Below, one piece after another: positions 25,110 through 37,977 of a stretch of DNA of 64,000 nucleotides (the stretch's first letter is position 1; every line of letters starts with the position of its first letter). The stretch spans positions 14,976,974 to 15,040,973 of the forward strand of contig MU054187.1 in assembly GCA_013239625.1 (NCBI GenBank). The letters are read 5' to 3'. Source of the DNA: Lama guanicoe (Eukaryota). The notes below the pieces were generated by a model. The model saw only the letters and a program-made list of their open reading frames with translations, made no database searches and had not been told where the DNA came from. A program made the position numbers and the translations under genes.

Positions 25110-28100
25110 TGTAGGAGCCAAAATTAGCAGCAGATATGATTAGCTACTATAATTAAGCAGCAACAAGAGACCAGCAGAAATCTAAAGCTCTGAGGGCAGG
25201 ACTCTTCCTCTCTGATTAGAGACTGGAGAAGTGGTAATTCCAGAGGGTAGGACAAACCCTTTTTGCATTTTTTCCCTCTTTCTATTCTCCCACCATTTGG
25301 CCTCAAAGCAGGTGCAGTCACGGGAAGTATACAGTAGAGCAGTATAAATAAAGCCCCAGCTTTCTGGCCAGAGGCCCAGAGAAGGGGAGCATTAGGGAAC
25401 AGCAAAGTACTAGGAAGATTGCAGAGAAGGACATCATTGAGAAAGGGACCCTTTAAGTCGTTTACGAATTTCCTGGGCTCACCCTTGAGTTGGGCTAACC
25501 CAGATCTAAAACAGCATACATAGACTTTGAGAACTGGACCATGGGATAGACCACTACCCAAATCCCAGCCTAGTCAATGGCAAACACACATGCAGGAGAG
25601 ATCAGAATAGCACTGCTTTGGAAAGGCTTTGGAAACTGAACTGATCCTGGAGCCACAGCTGAATATCTGAATCCAATTGGTGGACTGAACCCAATTGGTC
25701 AACTGCCTGCCTAAATAAAACTTTCAGTATTATCCCATAGGGTCTTAATGTATCATTCAAAATGTCTAGGATACAAACCAAACTACTTGGTGGATGAAGA
25801 ACCAGGAAAATCTTAATTCACATAGGAAAATATAATCAACAGATGCATAGGTTGAGATAACAAAGATGTTGGAATTATCTGACAAAGACTTTAAAGCAGA
25901 TATTATGAAAATGCTCAGATAAGTAAGGATTAAGATCCTAGAAATGAAATGAAAGATATAAATTCACAGCAAAGTAATGCAAGACATAAAAAACAACCAA
26001 ATGGAAATTTTAGGACTAATTATCATCTAAAAAATCCAATAATAAAACAAACAAAAAAGGCCAACAAACAAACCCATATATTTATCTTTTTCTTTTTTTT
26101 TTTTGGTGGGGGAGAAGAACATTTAAGTTTTACTCTCTTAGCAAATTTCAATTATGCAATACACACAATACAGTGTTGTCAACTATAGTCACCATGTTTT
26201 ACATGAGATATTCAGACCTTATTCATCTCATACCTGGAAGGTTATACCCTTTTACCAATCTTTCCCTACACCCCTAGCCCCTGGAAACCACTTTTCTAAT
26301 CTCTGTTTCTATGAGTTTTATCTTTTTTTTTTTTTTAACATTCCACATGTAAGTGATACCACACAGTATTTTTTGTTCTCTGTCTTATTTCACTTAGCAT
26401 AATGGCCTCAAGGGCCATCCATGTTGTCACAGCCATTGCATGAGGTATGGCCTCACAGCCAGTTGGGCTGGGGCCAGCCTCACCTACCAGTGTACCCATA
26501 GTCAGCCCTAACACTACAGAAGGCACACACAGCCCATACAGGGGACACCTCTAGAGCATTACAGAGGGGAGCATGTTGCTGTGCCCCATAGGACATCTCC
26601 TACATAAGGCCACTTCTCCAAGACTGGGAAATATAATGGACCTAACTAACACATAGAAATAAACACAGAGACTTGGGCAAATAAGCAGGCAGAATAATAT
26701 GTTTCAAATGAAGGTACAAGACTTAACCTCAAAAAAGAACTAAACCAAGTAGAGATAAGCAATCTATCCAATAAAGAGTTCAAGGTAATGATTACAAGGA
26801 CAATCACTGAATTTGGGAGAATGGATGAACACAACAAGGATTTCAACAAAGAGTTAGAAAATATTAAGAACAATCAAACAGAGCTGAGGAATACAATAAC
26901 TGAAATAAAAAATGCACTAGAAAGAATCATCAGAGGATTAGATGATATAGAGGAATGGATTGGTGATCTGGAAGACAGAGCAATGATAATCACCCAAGCT
27001 GAATAGAAATAAGAAAAAAGAATTTTAGAGGGGGAAAGTATAGCTCAAAGTAGTAGAGCACATGCTTAGCAAGCAAGAGGTCCTGGGTTCAATCCCTAGT
27101 ACCTCCTCTAAAAAGTAAAAAATAAATAAATAAACATAAGTACCTCCCCCCGAAACAAAATAGAGAAATAAACTTAATTTAAAAAAAGAAAAAAAAGGAA
27201 TTAAAAAATGAGGATAGTTTGAGACCTCTGGGACAACAGTAAGTGTACTGACATTCACATTACACAAGTCACAGAATAAGAGAGAGAGAAAAGACAGAGA
27301 ACTTATTTCAAGACATAATGGCTGAAAACTTTCCTAACCTGGCGAAGGAAACAGATACCCAGGTACAGGAAGCACAGAGAGTCCAAACAAGATGAACCCA
27401 AAGAGGTCCAAACAGAGACATTATAACTAAAATAGCAAAAGTTAAAGCTAAAGAGAGAAACTTAAAAGCAGCAAGAGAAAAGCAACTAATTATGTATGAG
27501 GGAACTCCCATAAGACAATCAACTGACTTCTCAGCAAACACTATATAGGAGTGGCACAATATAGCCAAAATTATGAAAGGGACAGGCCTACAACCAAGAA
27601 CATTCTACCTGGCAAGGCTCCCTTTCAGAGTTGAAGGAGAGAGAGAGAGTTTTACAGACAAGCAACGCTAAGAGTTCAGCACCACTAAACTGGCTTTGTA
27701 AGAAATGTCAAAGAAACTTGTCTAACTAGAAAAGAGAAAGGAGCAATTCCCATCTCATTCCCTGAGGGCAGCATAACTGTGATACAAAAACCAGATAAAG
27801 TGAAACCAAGAATGTCAACAAAACCACAGACCAACATCCCTCATTAATACAGATGAAAAATCGTGAATAAAAGGTTATTATCTGAATAAAACCAAATCTA
27901 GCAATATATGAAAAGAATCATATACTATGACCAAGCAGGTTTAATCTGTGACTACAAAGCCTACTCGATATTTGAAAATCAATCAATGTAAAGCAATGTA
28001 CTAACAGTGTAAAGAAGAAAAGCCACATCATTAAATGAAATGATGCAGAAAAAAAATTTGACAAAATTCAATACCCATTCATGAGAAAACTTTCAGCATA

Positions 28101-30010
28101 CTTAGAAAGGAAATTCTTCAGCCTGATAAAGGGCATCTCCAAAAAAACTAATGAGCTATGTCACATTTAATGGTGAAAGACAACACTTCTTCCCCAAGAT
28201 TAGGAACAAGGCCATAACTCCTATTTAATATTGTACCATAAGTTTATATGAATGTAAGAAGGAAAAAATAAAAAGGAAATGTATACTGATTGGCTATGAA
28301 AAGATAACACTCCTCCTATTCAGAGATGACATGATTGTCTACATAGAAATTCCCAAAGAGTAAATAAAAACTCCTAAAACTTACAAATGAGTTTATCAAG
28401 GTTACAAAATATAAGATAAATACCCAAATATCAATCCTATTTTCATATAAGAGCAATAAACAATTACAAACCAAAAATTTAAAACTGCAATTTACAAAAG
28501 CTTTGAAATATTTAGGTATAAATCTACTAAAATAAGTACTGGATCTGTATATTGGAAGTGACAAATTGCTGATAAAAGAAATGTGACCAAAATAAATGGA
28601 GAGAGATTGTTTCCATGAATTTAAAAACTTAGCGTAGTAAAGATGTTAATTGTCTCAACTTGATCAATAGATTTAATGTAGTTCGAATCAAAACCCTGGA
28701 AGGACTTTTCATAGATAAAAATAAACTTTTCTACAATTTATATGGAAAAGCAAAGAGACTAGAACAGCCAAAAACATTCTGAAAAAGAAGAACAAAATTA
28801 GGGAGATCATATTACCCAATTTTAAGACTTACTATAAAGCTAAAGTATTCAAGACAGCATTGGCAAAGGGATAAGCACATGGGTCAATGTAACAGAATAG
28901 AGAATCCAAAAATAGAACCACAGACATATGGCCAATTGATTTTTGGCAAAGTTGCAAAGTCAAGTCAGCAGAGACATGATAGTGTTTTCAACAAATAGTG
29001 TAGAAACAATTAGAAATCTTTATTAAAGAAAAACTCAGCCTAAATCTCATGCCCTTTGAAAAGCTAATTCAAAACAGTTTACATATGTAAATAAAAACAA
29101 AATTATACAGTTTTTCAGAAAAAACAGGAAAAAAATCTTCATGTCCTGGGATTAAGCAAAGAAATCTTAGACATGACACCAAAAGCATGATCATAGAAGA
29201 AAAACAATAAATTGAACATCATCTAAAGTAAAAGCTTTTGCTCTGTGAATGACACTGCTAAAAGGAGGAAAAGACAAGGTACAGACCAGTAAAAAATATT
29301 TATGAACACATATCCAACAAAAGACTTAAATCCAGTCTATATAAAGAACTCTCAAAACTCAACAGTAAGAAACAAACCATTCCAATTCAAAAATGGAGAA
29401 AAGACTTGAATAGACATTTTATCAAAGAGGATATACAGATAGTAAAATAGCCAAATTATAGTTGCTTTATACCACTAACCACTAGAGAAATTAAAATAAA
29501 ACCATAGTGAAATACTGCTACACACCATTATTGTAATGGCTAAAATTAAACACACCAAGTGTGGCAATGCAGAACAACTGGAAGTCTCATAAATTGCTCA
29601 TGGGAATGCAAAATGGTATAGCCACTCAGAACTTCTTTGACAGTTTCTTATGAAGTTAAACGTGTACTTACCCACATGACTGAAAAATTCCACTTCTAGA
29701 TATTTACTTTAGAGAAACAAAAACTTGTGTTCATGTAAAAACCTATATATAAATGCTCATAGCAGCTTTCTTTATTATTACTCCCAAATAGAAATAACCC
29801 AAGTTTCTTTCAACAAGTGAATGATAAATTGTGGAATACTCATAAAATGGAATAATTCTCAGCAATCAAAAGGAATAATCTACTGATACATGCAACAACT
29901 TGGCTGGATCTCAAAGGCATTCAGAATGAGAGAAGCCAGTCTCAAAAGATTACATTCCATTTACATGACATTCTCAATAGACAAACCTATAGTGATGGAG
30001 AAGAGAACAG
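25110..30010 (+). mobile_element. Composite L1 cluster: old L1M 5' part, antisense L1 3' end (~26090-26440), L1 ORF1 (~26440-27730), ORF2/3' end (~27740-30010)
   Basis: ORF1p coiled-coil ORF 26788-27006; RT-region remnants (gacaaaattcaatacccattcatg, gatgacatgattgtctacatagaaa). Confidence 0.9.
27027..27200 (+). mobile_element. Camelid-type tRNA-derived SINE inserted in L1 ORF1
   Basis: gggggaaagtatagctcaaagtagtagagcacatgcttagc...gaggtcctgggttcaatccctagtacctcc plus A-rich tail. Confidence 0.9.
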
Positions 30011-30024
30011 GGATTAGGGACCTG

Positions 30025-30620
30025 CCCAATTTTAACTGGTTTGCTTATCTTTTATAAGAGTTATGAGTTCCTTGTATATTCTGGATACTAGCCTCTTATC
30101 AGTACGTGATTTGCATGTGTTTTTTCTCATTCTATTGGTTGTCTTTTCACTTTCTTGGTAATATCCTTGGATGCATCAACATTTTTAATTTGATGAAGTC
30201 CTAATTTATTTTTCTTTTGTTGCTTGTGGTTTTGGTGCCATATCTAAGAATTTGTTACCAATCCAAGGTTATTAAGACTTATGCCAATATTTTAAGGTTT
30301 TTAAAAAATTTCTTATATTTAGGTCATCAATTCATTTTGATTTAATTTTCATTTATGGTGTGAGGTGGGGAGGCCAACTTCATTCTTTTGCATGTGGAAG
30401 CCCAGTTGTTCCAGCACCATTTGTTGAAGAGACTACTGTTTTTCCCATTCAATGTTCTTGGCCATAGATGTATGGGTTTATTTCTGGACTCTCAGTTCTT
30501 ATCCAATGGTCTACTTCTCTATCCTTATGTCAGTGTCACACTCTTTTGATCACTGTAGCTTTTTAGTAATTTTTGAAATTAGGAAGTGTGTGTCCTCCAA
30601 CTGTCTTCTTCCTTTTTAAG
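30025..30620 (-). mobile_element. L1 ORF2 fragment
   Basis: cccagttgttccagcaccatttgttgaagagact antisense L1 motif. Confidence 0.88.
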
Positions 30621-32199
30621 AATAATTGAATGTAATCAAGTGCCCAAGTGTATGGTACAGGAAATACTGTACTATGTCCTGTTATTACACAGTAAGATCA
30701 ATATCAGAAAAGATGGCACTTGAAATGGGTCTAGGTATGAAATGTGGCACAAATTCTCATTCTCCTTGGTCTTTATCTAAAGCACATGGGTAAAATGGCC
30801 AAAACTTTTCAAGATAACTTTGCTCATGGATGGAATCAGGTCTTATACAGTGCCCTCCCCATATACCTTCCCAATGATAACCAGAATCTTACCAATTGCT
30901 CTCATCATCTCTAATTCCACAAGGAATTTTGGTCATCTCATGACACTTCTTCAAATGTATGGCTAACTTCACCAGCGATGCTTAGATAACTTCACACAGA
31001 GAGTAGAAGGTGACTTCACACAAGTGTGAAGCATTCATCTTCCAATGGGTTTGAGCTTAAACATGGATATTCCAAGTTTTTACCTTTTGTATAATATATC
31101 CAAACTTTCATTCTGCTGTTGGCAGACAATGAAGACTTTTTTTTTTCTACTTTTACATTTCTGCTCAACCATTAGTAACCTCTCCTAAAATCAGATGTTT
31201 TTAAAACAATTTAAATGGCAGTCAATTTTTTTTATAAGACACAACTCCTATTCTTCTGATATGAAAGTAATGTGAGTCAAAATTCCTTGGAAATAAAATA
31301 AATAGGAACACCACTTATTAGAAATTATTTCTTGGAAATCTCTTCCTTCAAAGCGTTATGGTATGATACAGCATGGAATCCAAGACTGAGAGATACTAAG
31401 TAAGGAAAATACATAATCTGTAGTCCTAAGGAGCTTACAAGTTGAAGCAGGAGAGAGGAGTGATGTGTGAAATACTACGAATATGAATCTTGACACAGGT
31501 AGACTAATACTCAAGAGTTGACCCTGCTATCTCCCAAGAGAACTAAGAAACAACCCATTGGAAAACACATGAGTGTATTTTCAGTGGCAATTCAGAGTCA
31601 ATATACAAAGTGATGAAAGGGCTGAATTCATTTCAACACGGTCTGTGCCTGTCTTTGCTTCTTACTCCATCCAATTCAAATGAGGAACTTGAATTATAAA
31701 GAGTATAATTTGCATGGTTGTAAAAATTCCTGGAACACATCTGAATTTTAAAGCATACAATTAAAGCAGGTTGCATCAAAGCAGAAGAATTCTGGGACTC
31801 TAGAAAAGTAAGCAAACTCATTAGCTTTCAAACTGAAGAGTAAAAATCTTCAGTGGCATATAAACGTTAAATTTGGTTGCTATGATTTCTGTGTTGAGTC
31901 TCAAAAAGAGCCCTTTAGAAACATTTCTACTTTGCTTCCCCTACATATCATAAATCAATTCTTTGATTTCACTGCATATTTTCTCCAATTAGGCTGGAAG
32001 GTTAAAAGTGTGTTGGAATCTTTTAAAGTAATCGTCAAATGTTCCTAGACCCTAAAAGTAACAAGTGTATTATGAGACCAGTGGGAGAAAATACTTAAAC
32101 TTGTGGCTCAATATGAGCACATAAATATTAATGAGTTCCAGTCATCCCCAGGGTGTCAAGAATAGGAGAAACATTTGGAAATATTTTCAAAATTCATCC

Positions 32200-32725
32200 C
32201 ATTGTGCTGATTCCAGGGTGAAACTCTTTAAGCTGTTAATGAAAAGCAGGCCGACACCCTCTCCGCATCTGACTCATGCGAGGGCACAGACTGTGCATAG
32301 GAAACTGCTTCTGGTGTTGCCTTCTTAGCCCTAATGACTGCTTTCTGGAAACTGGCATTACTACTCAGTGGTAGACCCCCAATGCTCTTGTCTGTAATAC
32401 ATGGCTCTGTCCACACAACCAATGGAACAAATAGTATATATTTGACCCAAGCTGGACCAATCAGAGTCCGTATCTGGAATTAAAGAATTGGAAAAGAGAG
32501 ACTAGAAGATTGAAGGTATTTGGAATTGAGTTTTTTAAATGGTAGAGTTCTTGGGAGAAAGCCAACGGCTTGATGCAGAAATCCTTGAAAGTTCCCCTTT
32601 CTAAATTTTCTCTTCCTTTGATTCCAAGAGTCTTTCCAATAACTGTCTTTCTCCTGGCCCCTAGTCTCCAGGATCCAGCCAGAATCGGTTGCTGTTTCTT
32701 GCACTAAAAGAACCTACATGTTAGA
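32200..32725 (+). mobile_element. ERVL LTR (LTR33-like)
   Basis: gacccaagctggaccaatcagagtcc...agccagaatcggttgctgtttcttgcactaaaagaacc. Confidence 0.55.
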
Positions 32726-33249
32726 CTATGATTAAATCAGGACTCAGCCATTTCACAAAAAGTAAGATTATTTAAATATCCCTCATAACACAGGAAAAGA
32801 TGGGTCTGCCCAGGCTGGGAATAATTGATGTGACAACAGAAAGAGAGGTGATTTTCTGCTAATAGCCAGGTTAGAATACAAGGTGGATATGGTTGAAATG
32901 GAGGAATAACAGGACACTGACACAATAATGGCCAAGAACATAGGGGTGAACAAGTTAACAGTAGAAGAAGTCATGAAATATCCAAGTATAAGTTTATGTC
33001 TTTAGGTTCAAATTATACTTTAAAATCCAAATTATTATTCATTTTCCCTTATTGTACCATCAAAGTGTACAACATTGTCCAGATTTAAGAAAGAATTTTT
33101 TAAAAAAAGTTTTAAGTGATTTGCTTATTAAAGCTTTACAGCCATCAATCATAATGAAGCTAGGGGTCCAGTGTTTTTATTTACTTAGTTGTGAATTATA
33201 TGTTTTTCATGCTAAGTTGACTGGTTTTAATTAGAACTCACTTTGTAAT

Positions 33250-35330
33250 TTGTTTTAAATTCTTATTAATTTATTATTTATTTTTGTGCTTTAAAATTTT
33301 TTAAAGAAAAATAAACCATTACAAATATACTTGAGTCTCCTGTATGTGGCTTCCCAGTTTTATTTACATCTTTTCTTCCCCGGATGAATTTTCTTGTTTA
33401 TCATTTCTGATACATTTTTTTTTCTACATATGTATATTGTATGTCAATAAAATGTTATTTAAACATGTAGCTTATTTTTACCTTTTGATTATGGCTTTGT
33501 ATGTACAATTTTTTGTTCAGTAGTCTTACATTTTAATGTCATCAAATTTATCAGTCTTTTCATTTGTGGATTCTTCATTTTTTGTGATCTAAGATATTCT
33601 CTACAAAAAATGGCATAAAATAGTTTCTTCCAAAATGTTTCATGCTTCTTTTTCATTAACGGGTCTTTAATCCACTTGAAATTTTTTGTTTGCTGTGTTT
33701 GTCTATCTGCATAAACAAGGAAAGTTGTAAGTTGATTTCTTATATCCTGTGGAAGAACAATTATTTTAGCATCATTTCATATTGCATCCTTTACCCACTG
33801 GTTTTCCGTGGTATCTCTGGAATACGTCAGGTTTTCCTATGTGTGTATGTCTATTCATGTGCTTTCTATTCTGTTCCATTGGCCCATTTTCTATCTCTGA
33901 GCCAATACTACAGTATCATAATTACTGCATTTTGTAATAGGCCTTGGTATCTGATAGGGCAAATCCTTGCAACATTGTATTTCTTCAAATTTATTTTGGA
34001 TCCTAGACCTTTAAATCCATTTTTTTCATTCATTAATGCCATCTCATTTTTTTTTTTTTTGCCCTGAGCCAATATTGTTAGAGGTTTTTCCTTTTTAGTT
34101 ATCTTTTCAAAGGATCAACTTGTGGATGTAGTGATACTTTTAGTACGTTGTTTCTTTAAAGAAAATAATTCGCACACTTCTCTCCAACTTTATCTGGTTC
34201 AATTCTCATTTTTTCCTAATTTCTTGAATTGAATTAGCTTAGCTCATTAACTTTTTTCTTAACATTTTGAAATATTTAAATCTATAAAGTGACATTTAAC
34301 TGCACCCCATAAGTTTTGAAGAGTAACTTATTTAGGATTTTTGGGGGTGGATGGGTAGGTAATTAGATTTATTTACTTATTTTTAGAGGAGGTGCTGGGA
34401 AGTGAACCCAGGATTTTGTGTATGCTAAGCATTTTTTCCATCTTTTCTTTTTAATCTTTCCTTGTTTTCATGTTTAGGCATGTTTCAAATATCCTATTAC
34501 TGTCTCTTTCCCGCTCAATCTATCATTAATCACAATAAAAAGTGAATTTATAGGTTAAAAGACAGAGGTCTAAATTGCATATAGAGATTTTGATTTCTTT
34601 GAATTTCTATCATCTTATTCTATACTTTCTCTTTATCCTGCTTCTTTCTGTTTCTTTTCCCTTGTCCTTTTATGACTTTCTCTGGATTGATTAAATTTTT
34701 AAGAATTTCATGCCCCTCTTCTGTTTTGGAAGTTACATACTCAATTTTTGTTAATTTTCAGTTTACCCTTAAAATTTTATAAACATAGTTGAATTAGCAA
34801 AGTTAATGTCTCTTCCGTCTGCACAAATTAAAAAAAAAAAGAAGACTTCAGATGTTTTAACATTGATCATCTTTCCAGTTTTACTTCCCTGTTTTTCATG
34901 CCCTACATTTTAGTCTTTTTCACTTTTATACACCTGTTTACTAATTTTATACACTTCCATTAATGTTGATATTGCAATTCTGCTTGATCAGGTTTTTAGG
35001 ATTACCCACATGCTTGCCAATATTTTTATCAATTTCTTTGCCTGGTCATTTCTCTTTGCATTATCCTCTTTCTCGTGGGTCCGACTTTCTTCTTCTTTAA
35101 TTTGATTATTGAATAAATGAGTAGTTAATACTTCCATCTTCTGTCTCTGGGAAAATATGTTTATATTGCCCCTACTCTTTAATGATATTCCAGCTGATTA
35201 TATGATTCTAGAATGCCAATGATTTTCTTTCGTTGATTCAAATTATTTATTCCTTTGTGTTTTGGATTCTATTGTTTTGAAGAAGTCTGATTTCATCTTA
35301 ACTGTTGTTGACATCCAAGGTGAGAAACAG
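33250..35330 (-). mobile_element. Highly decayed L1M with a truncated camelid SINE at ~34340-34432
   Basis: T-rich antisense L1 remnants; agaggaggtgctgggaagtgaacccagga SINE piece. Confidence 0.65.
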
Positions 35331-36819
35331 TCAATTTTAATGAAGGTTAAAAGTCAAATGACTTTAGATAATTTTACACTTCCATATAGTCCCTGTGGCA
35401 GTCTATGGAGAAAGCCCTGCCCTCGGCACCAGCGAGTGTTCTGAGGATATCTATAACCCTGTTAGAGTGCGTGACCTACAAGAGCCCTTTAAGAGTGAGT
35501 TGGACCCTTTTGTATTTCAATGGAGAGATTAAAGTCCATATATTTAAGGGTTCATTAGGGGACTGGACATTGAATTGATCAAGATTAAATTTCCTCTGTC
35601 TTGGTAAAGGGACCTTAAAAAAGAAAGAAAATTTAATTACAAAAAAAGAAAGAAATTTTCGCTTCTTGCATTCTTGAATTTATAGCCAGGAATTTTTACC
35701 TAATACCCTTACACATTTAGTAATATCCTTCCTCTCTCTGCTGACACAAGGCTATTTTCCCCTTCAAGTGAAGATACATTAAGCATAGACAGAATGTGTG
35801 ACATTTAGCATAGCCCAGTCCTTGCATAAAATTGCCAGACGATTTCTTGATATTAAGGATGAAGTCTACATGAAAACCCTGGGGTTGTCAGTACTCATTA
35901 AACTTCTCTTTGAGTTCTAGGGTATTACAAGCCCAGAAGTTCTTGGACAGCCAATACCAATAGCTGTGCTCAGTTAATTGGGTAAGAATTAAACAGAAGA
36001 ATTACAGAATGATGATTATACAACTAACTAATGTCAGTCTTGAATTTTGGTCACATTTATTCCAATGAAAGATTTGTAAACTTTCCAGCTCTACACAATG
36101 TGAGAAAAACTCAGCCCTAATTTAAGGGAAAAAAGAACAAGAAACAAAATATATGTTGGGCTATGGTTTTGTATAAAGTGTTTTGAAAGTAAAAGTGCTA
36201 AACAATCTATTTTAGATGAATAGCATTTCTTCTTTAGGACTCGAAGTAGGAAAATACTTGAATTAGACTGCAAATTAAACTAGTGCTAAGGATTGAGAAC
36301 ATCCTTAAAAGATAAACATATATTCCATATCCTCTATTTAAAAAAAAATCTTCTATTGCTCACTCTTATCAGAAAGCATAACTTGCTATTTCTAGGCAGG
36401 CAATAATTAGAATAGTTTGATTCTGGGACTCCAGGTTTCCAGAAAACTGACTTTGGCAAATTTCTCTTCCGTGTTATAACAAAATTTCCTTTGTTTTTAT
36501 TTGTGTGTTTTGGGAGTGTCAAGTTCAATGTCTTAGTCAACAAGTAAGTCTTTTGGGGATCTACATTAAGCTGCAATGAATCATAGAATCATAGGGTTGG
36601 TATGGCATCCATAATCAAATCCTATCCTCAATTCCCAGGCCAGATGTCAGAATTATGTTCTATCCTGTTTGTAGAATCTGAAAGAAGGAAATAAAGTAAT
36701 CTAGAAATATTCACCATCAGATTAATTGTTGCATCTCCTGTAACCTTTCCTGGACCAAGACCAGTAAGTAAAAACAGGTGAGGCTGTTTGCTTTGTTTCT
36801 TTTGCAAATTGTGTAAGTC

Positions 36820-37943
36820 TGTGTAAGAATGAACATATTTAGCTTGGGTCCTTTTTAGCAGTCCATTAGCAAAACAATGTCCTAGTGTTATTACAGCCAG
36901 AGACACCACTAGCCTCCTAAAGATACATACTATCATTGCTGTAGTGGAGTAGTCCACGTTCTCAGCTATACATAACCAGCTGTCCTTTAAACCAGTTATA
37001 ACTTCTTTTAGGTACGATCCTATACACACATGCTAATTTATACACCATTTAAAAAACACTGGCAAAATTTTCTCTATCATTCCAGTTATTAGAGAATTTA
37101 TCTTTTTATTTTCACTTTCTCTAAATTGACTGAAAAAAAGTATCTAAGGAAATATGCCATTTGATATAACCCCTGGACATTGAATGTTATTCAGTAGATT
37201 AAGATAATTTGTAGTCACTACAGATTACATTTTGAGAAGACGTCAGATCAGATAACTGTTCTGAATCAGAGAGAGTCCTGAGCTGTCAGTCTTCTCAGCG
37301 TGGCACCTAAATATGAGGAGTGCCACGTTCATTCACGTTGAGTGAAACAGAGGTATTAGGGTTAGTTTTAAAAGAGATTTTCAACCAGTTGCCCCTTAGA
37401 GAAACTTGCTGGTCTTTAGATTCAAGAAAACCTCAAATTTCAAATAAATTTGTCCAACAAAATGCAACCCCCCTCCACCCGCCTTTAATGACTGAAATAA
37501 GCCTCCTGCTGTTCCCACCCTGGACAGCTCAGTTACTACTGGAAGGCTGTGATCCAAATTGTTGATTACAAGAGATGATTGCAACACCAATGTCCTGGAG
37601 ACTTTCAAAAAAGTAATTCCTTTTTCTTTTATGCTTTAACATGTAAATAGCATGGAAAAAGCCCTCACCAGAATTTCCTAGGGTAACATAATCAACAGAG
37701 AAATAATAAAACAATGGAAAAATAAATCCATTTTTTCCCCATTGTGATGCACTTTTTGGCTGCTAGAAAGTCCTGGGATCTGGAATATGTATTCCAAAAA
37801 TGCTGAATTATCTGTGATGGGTGTTGGAGACCAGGCCAGAGAACATGAAGTATCTACTTGTACAGACCACAAAGCATCCTTTGAGAGAAACCATTCAGAG
37901 GACTCTTCTCTTAGAAACAGTTTAGCTTGTAACATAAAACCTC
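36820..37943 (-). pseudogene. Pseudogene repeat 6 (exons 37943-37669, 37601-~37330, 37019-~36820)
   Basis: KLFLREESSEWFLSKDALWSVQVDTSCSLAW...NSAFLEYIF...FFHCFII; ELSRVG...GQIYLKFEVF; FRRLVVSLAVITL. The first exon is joined in phase 1 to the exon ending at 43483. Confidence 0.72.
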
Positions 37944-37977
37944 CTGAAATTGACATTAAAGCACCTGCTTTAAAGGT

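Larger units (their letters stand above)
30893..36570 (-). pseudogene. Pseudogene repeat 7 (exons 36570-36364, 36090-36029, 35865-35713, 31740-31666, 31115-30893)
   Basis: KTYLLTKTLN...GNFVITRK...SKLCFLIR (207 nt, open); WKVYKSFIGINV; SGNFMQGLGYAKCH; MQIILFIIQV; GKNLEYPCLSSNPLEDECF...YLSIAGEVS...DQNSLW. All five exons are AG/GT bounded. Confidence 0.75.

Noticed and set aside
27030..27105. tRNA gene-like sequence with A/B boxes
   Set aside because: It is the head of a SINE with an A-rich tail inserted in L1, with diverged copies elsewhere in the window.
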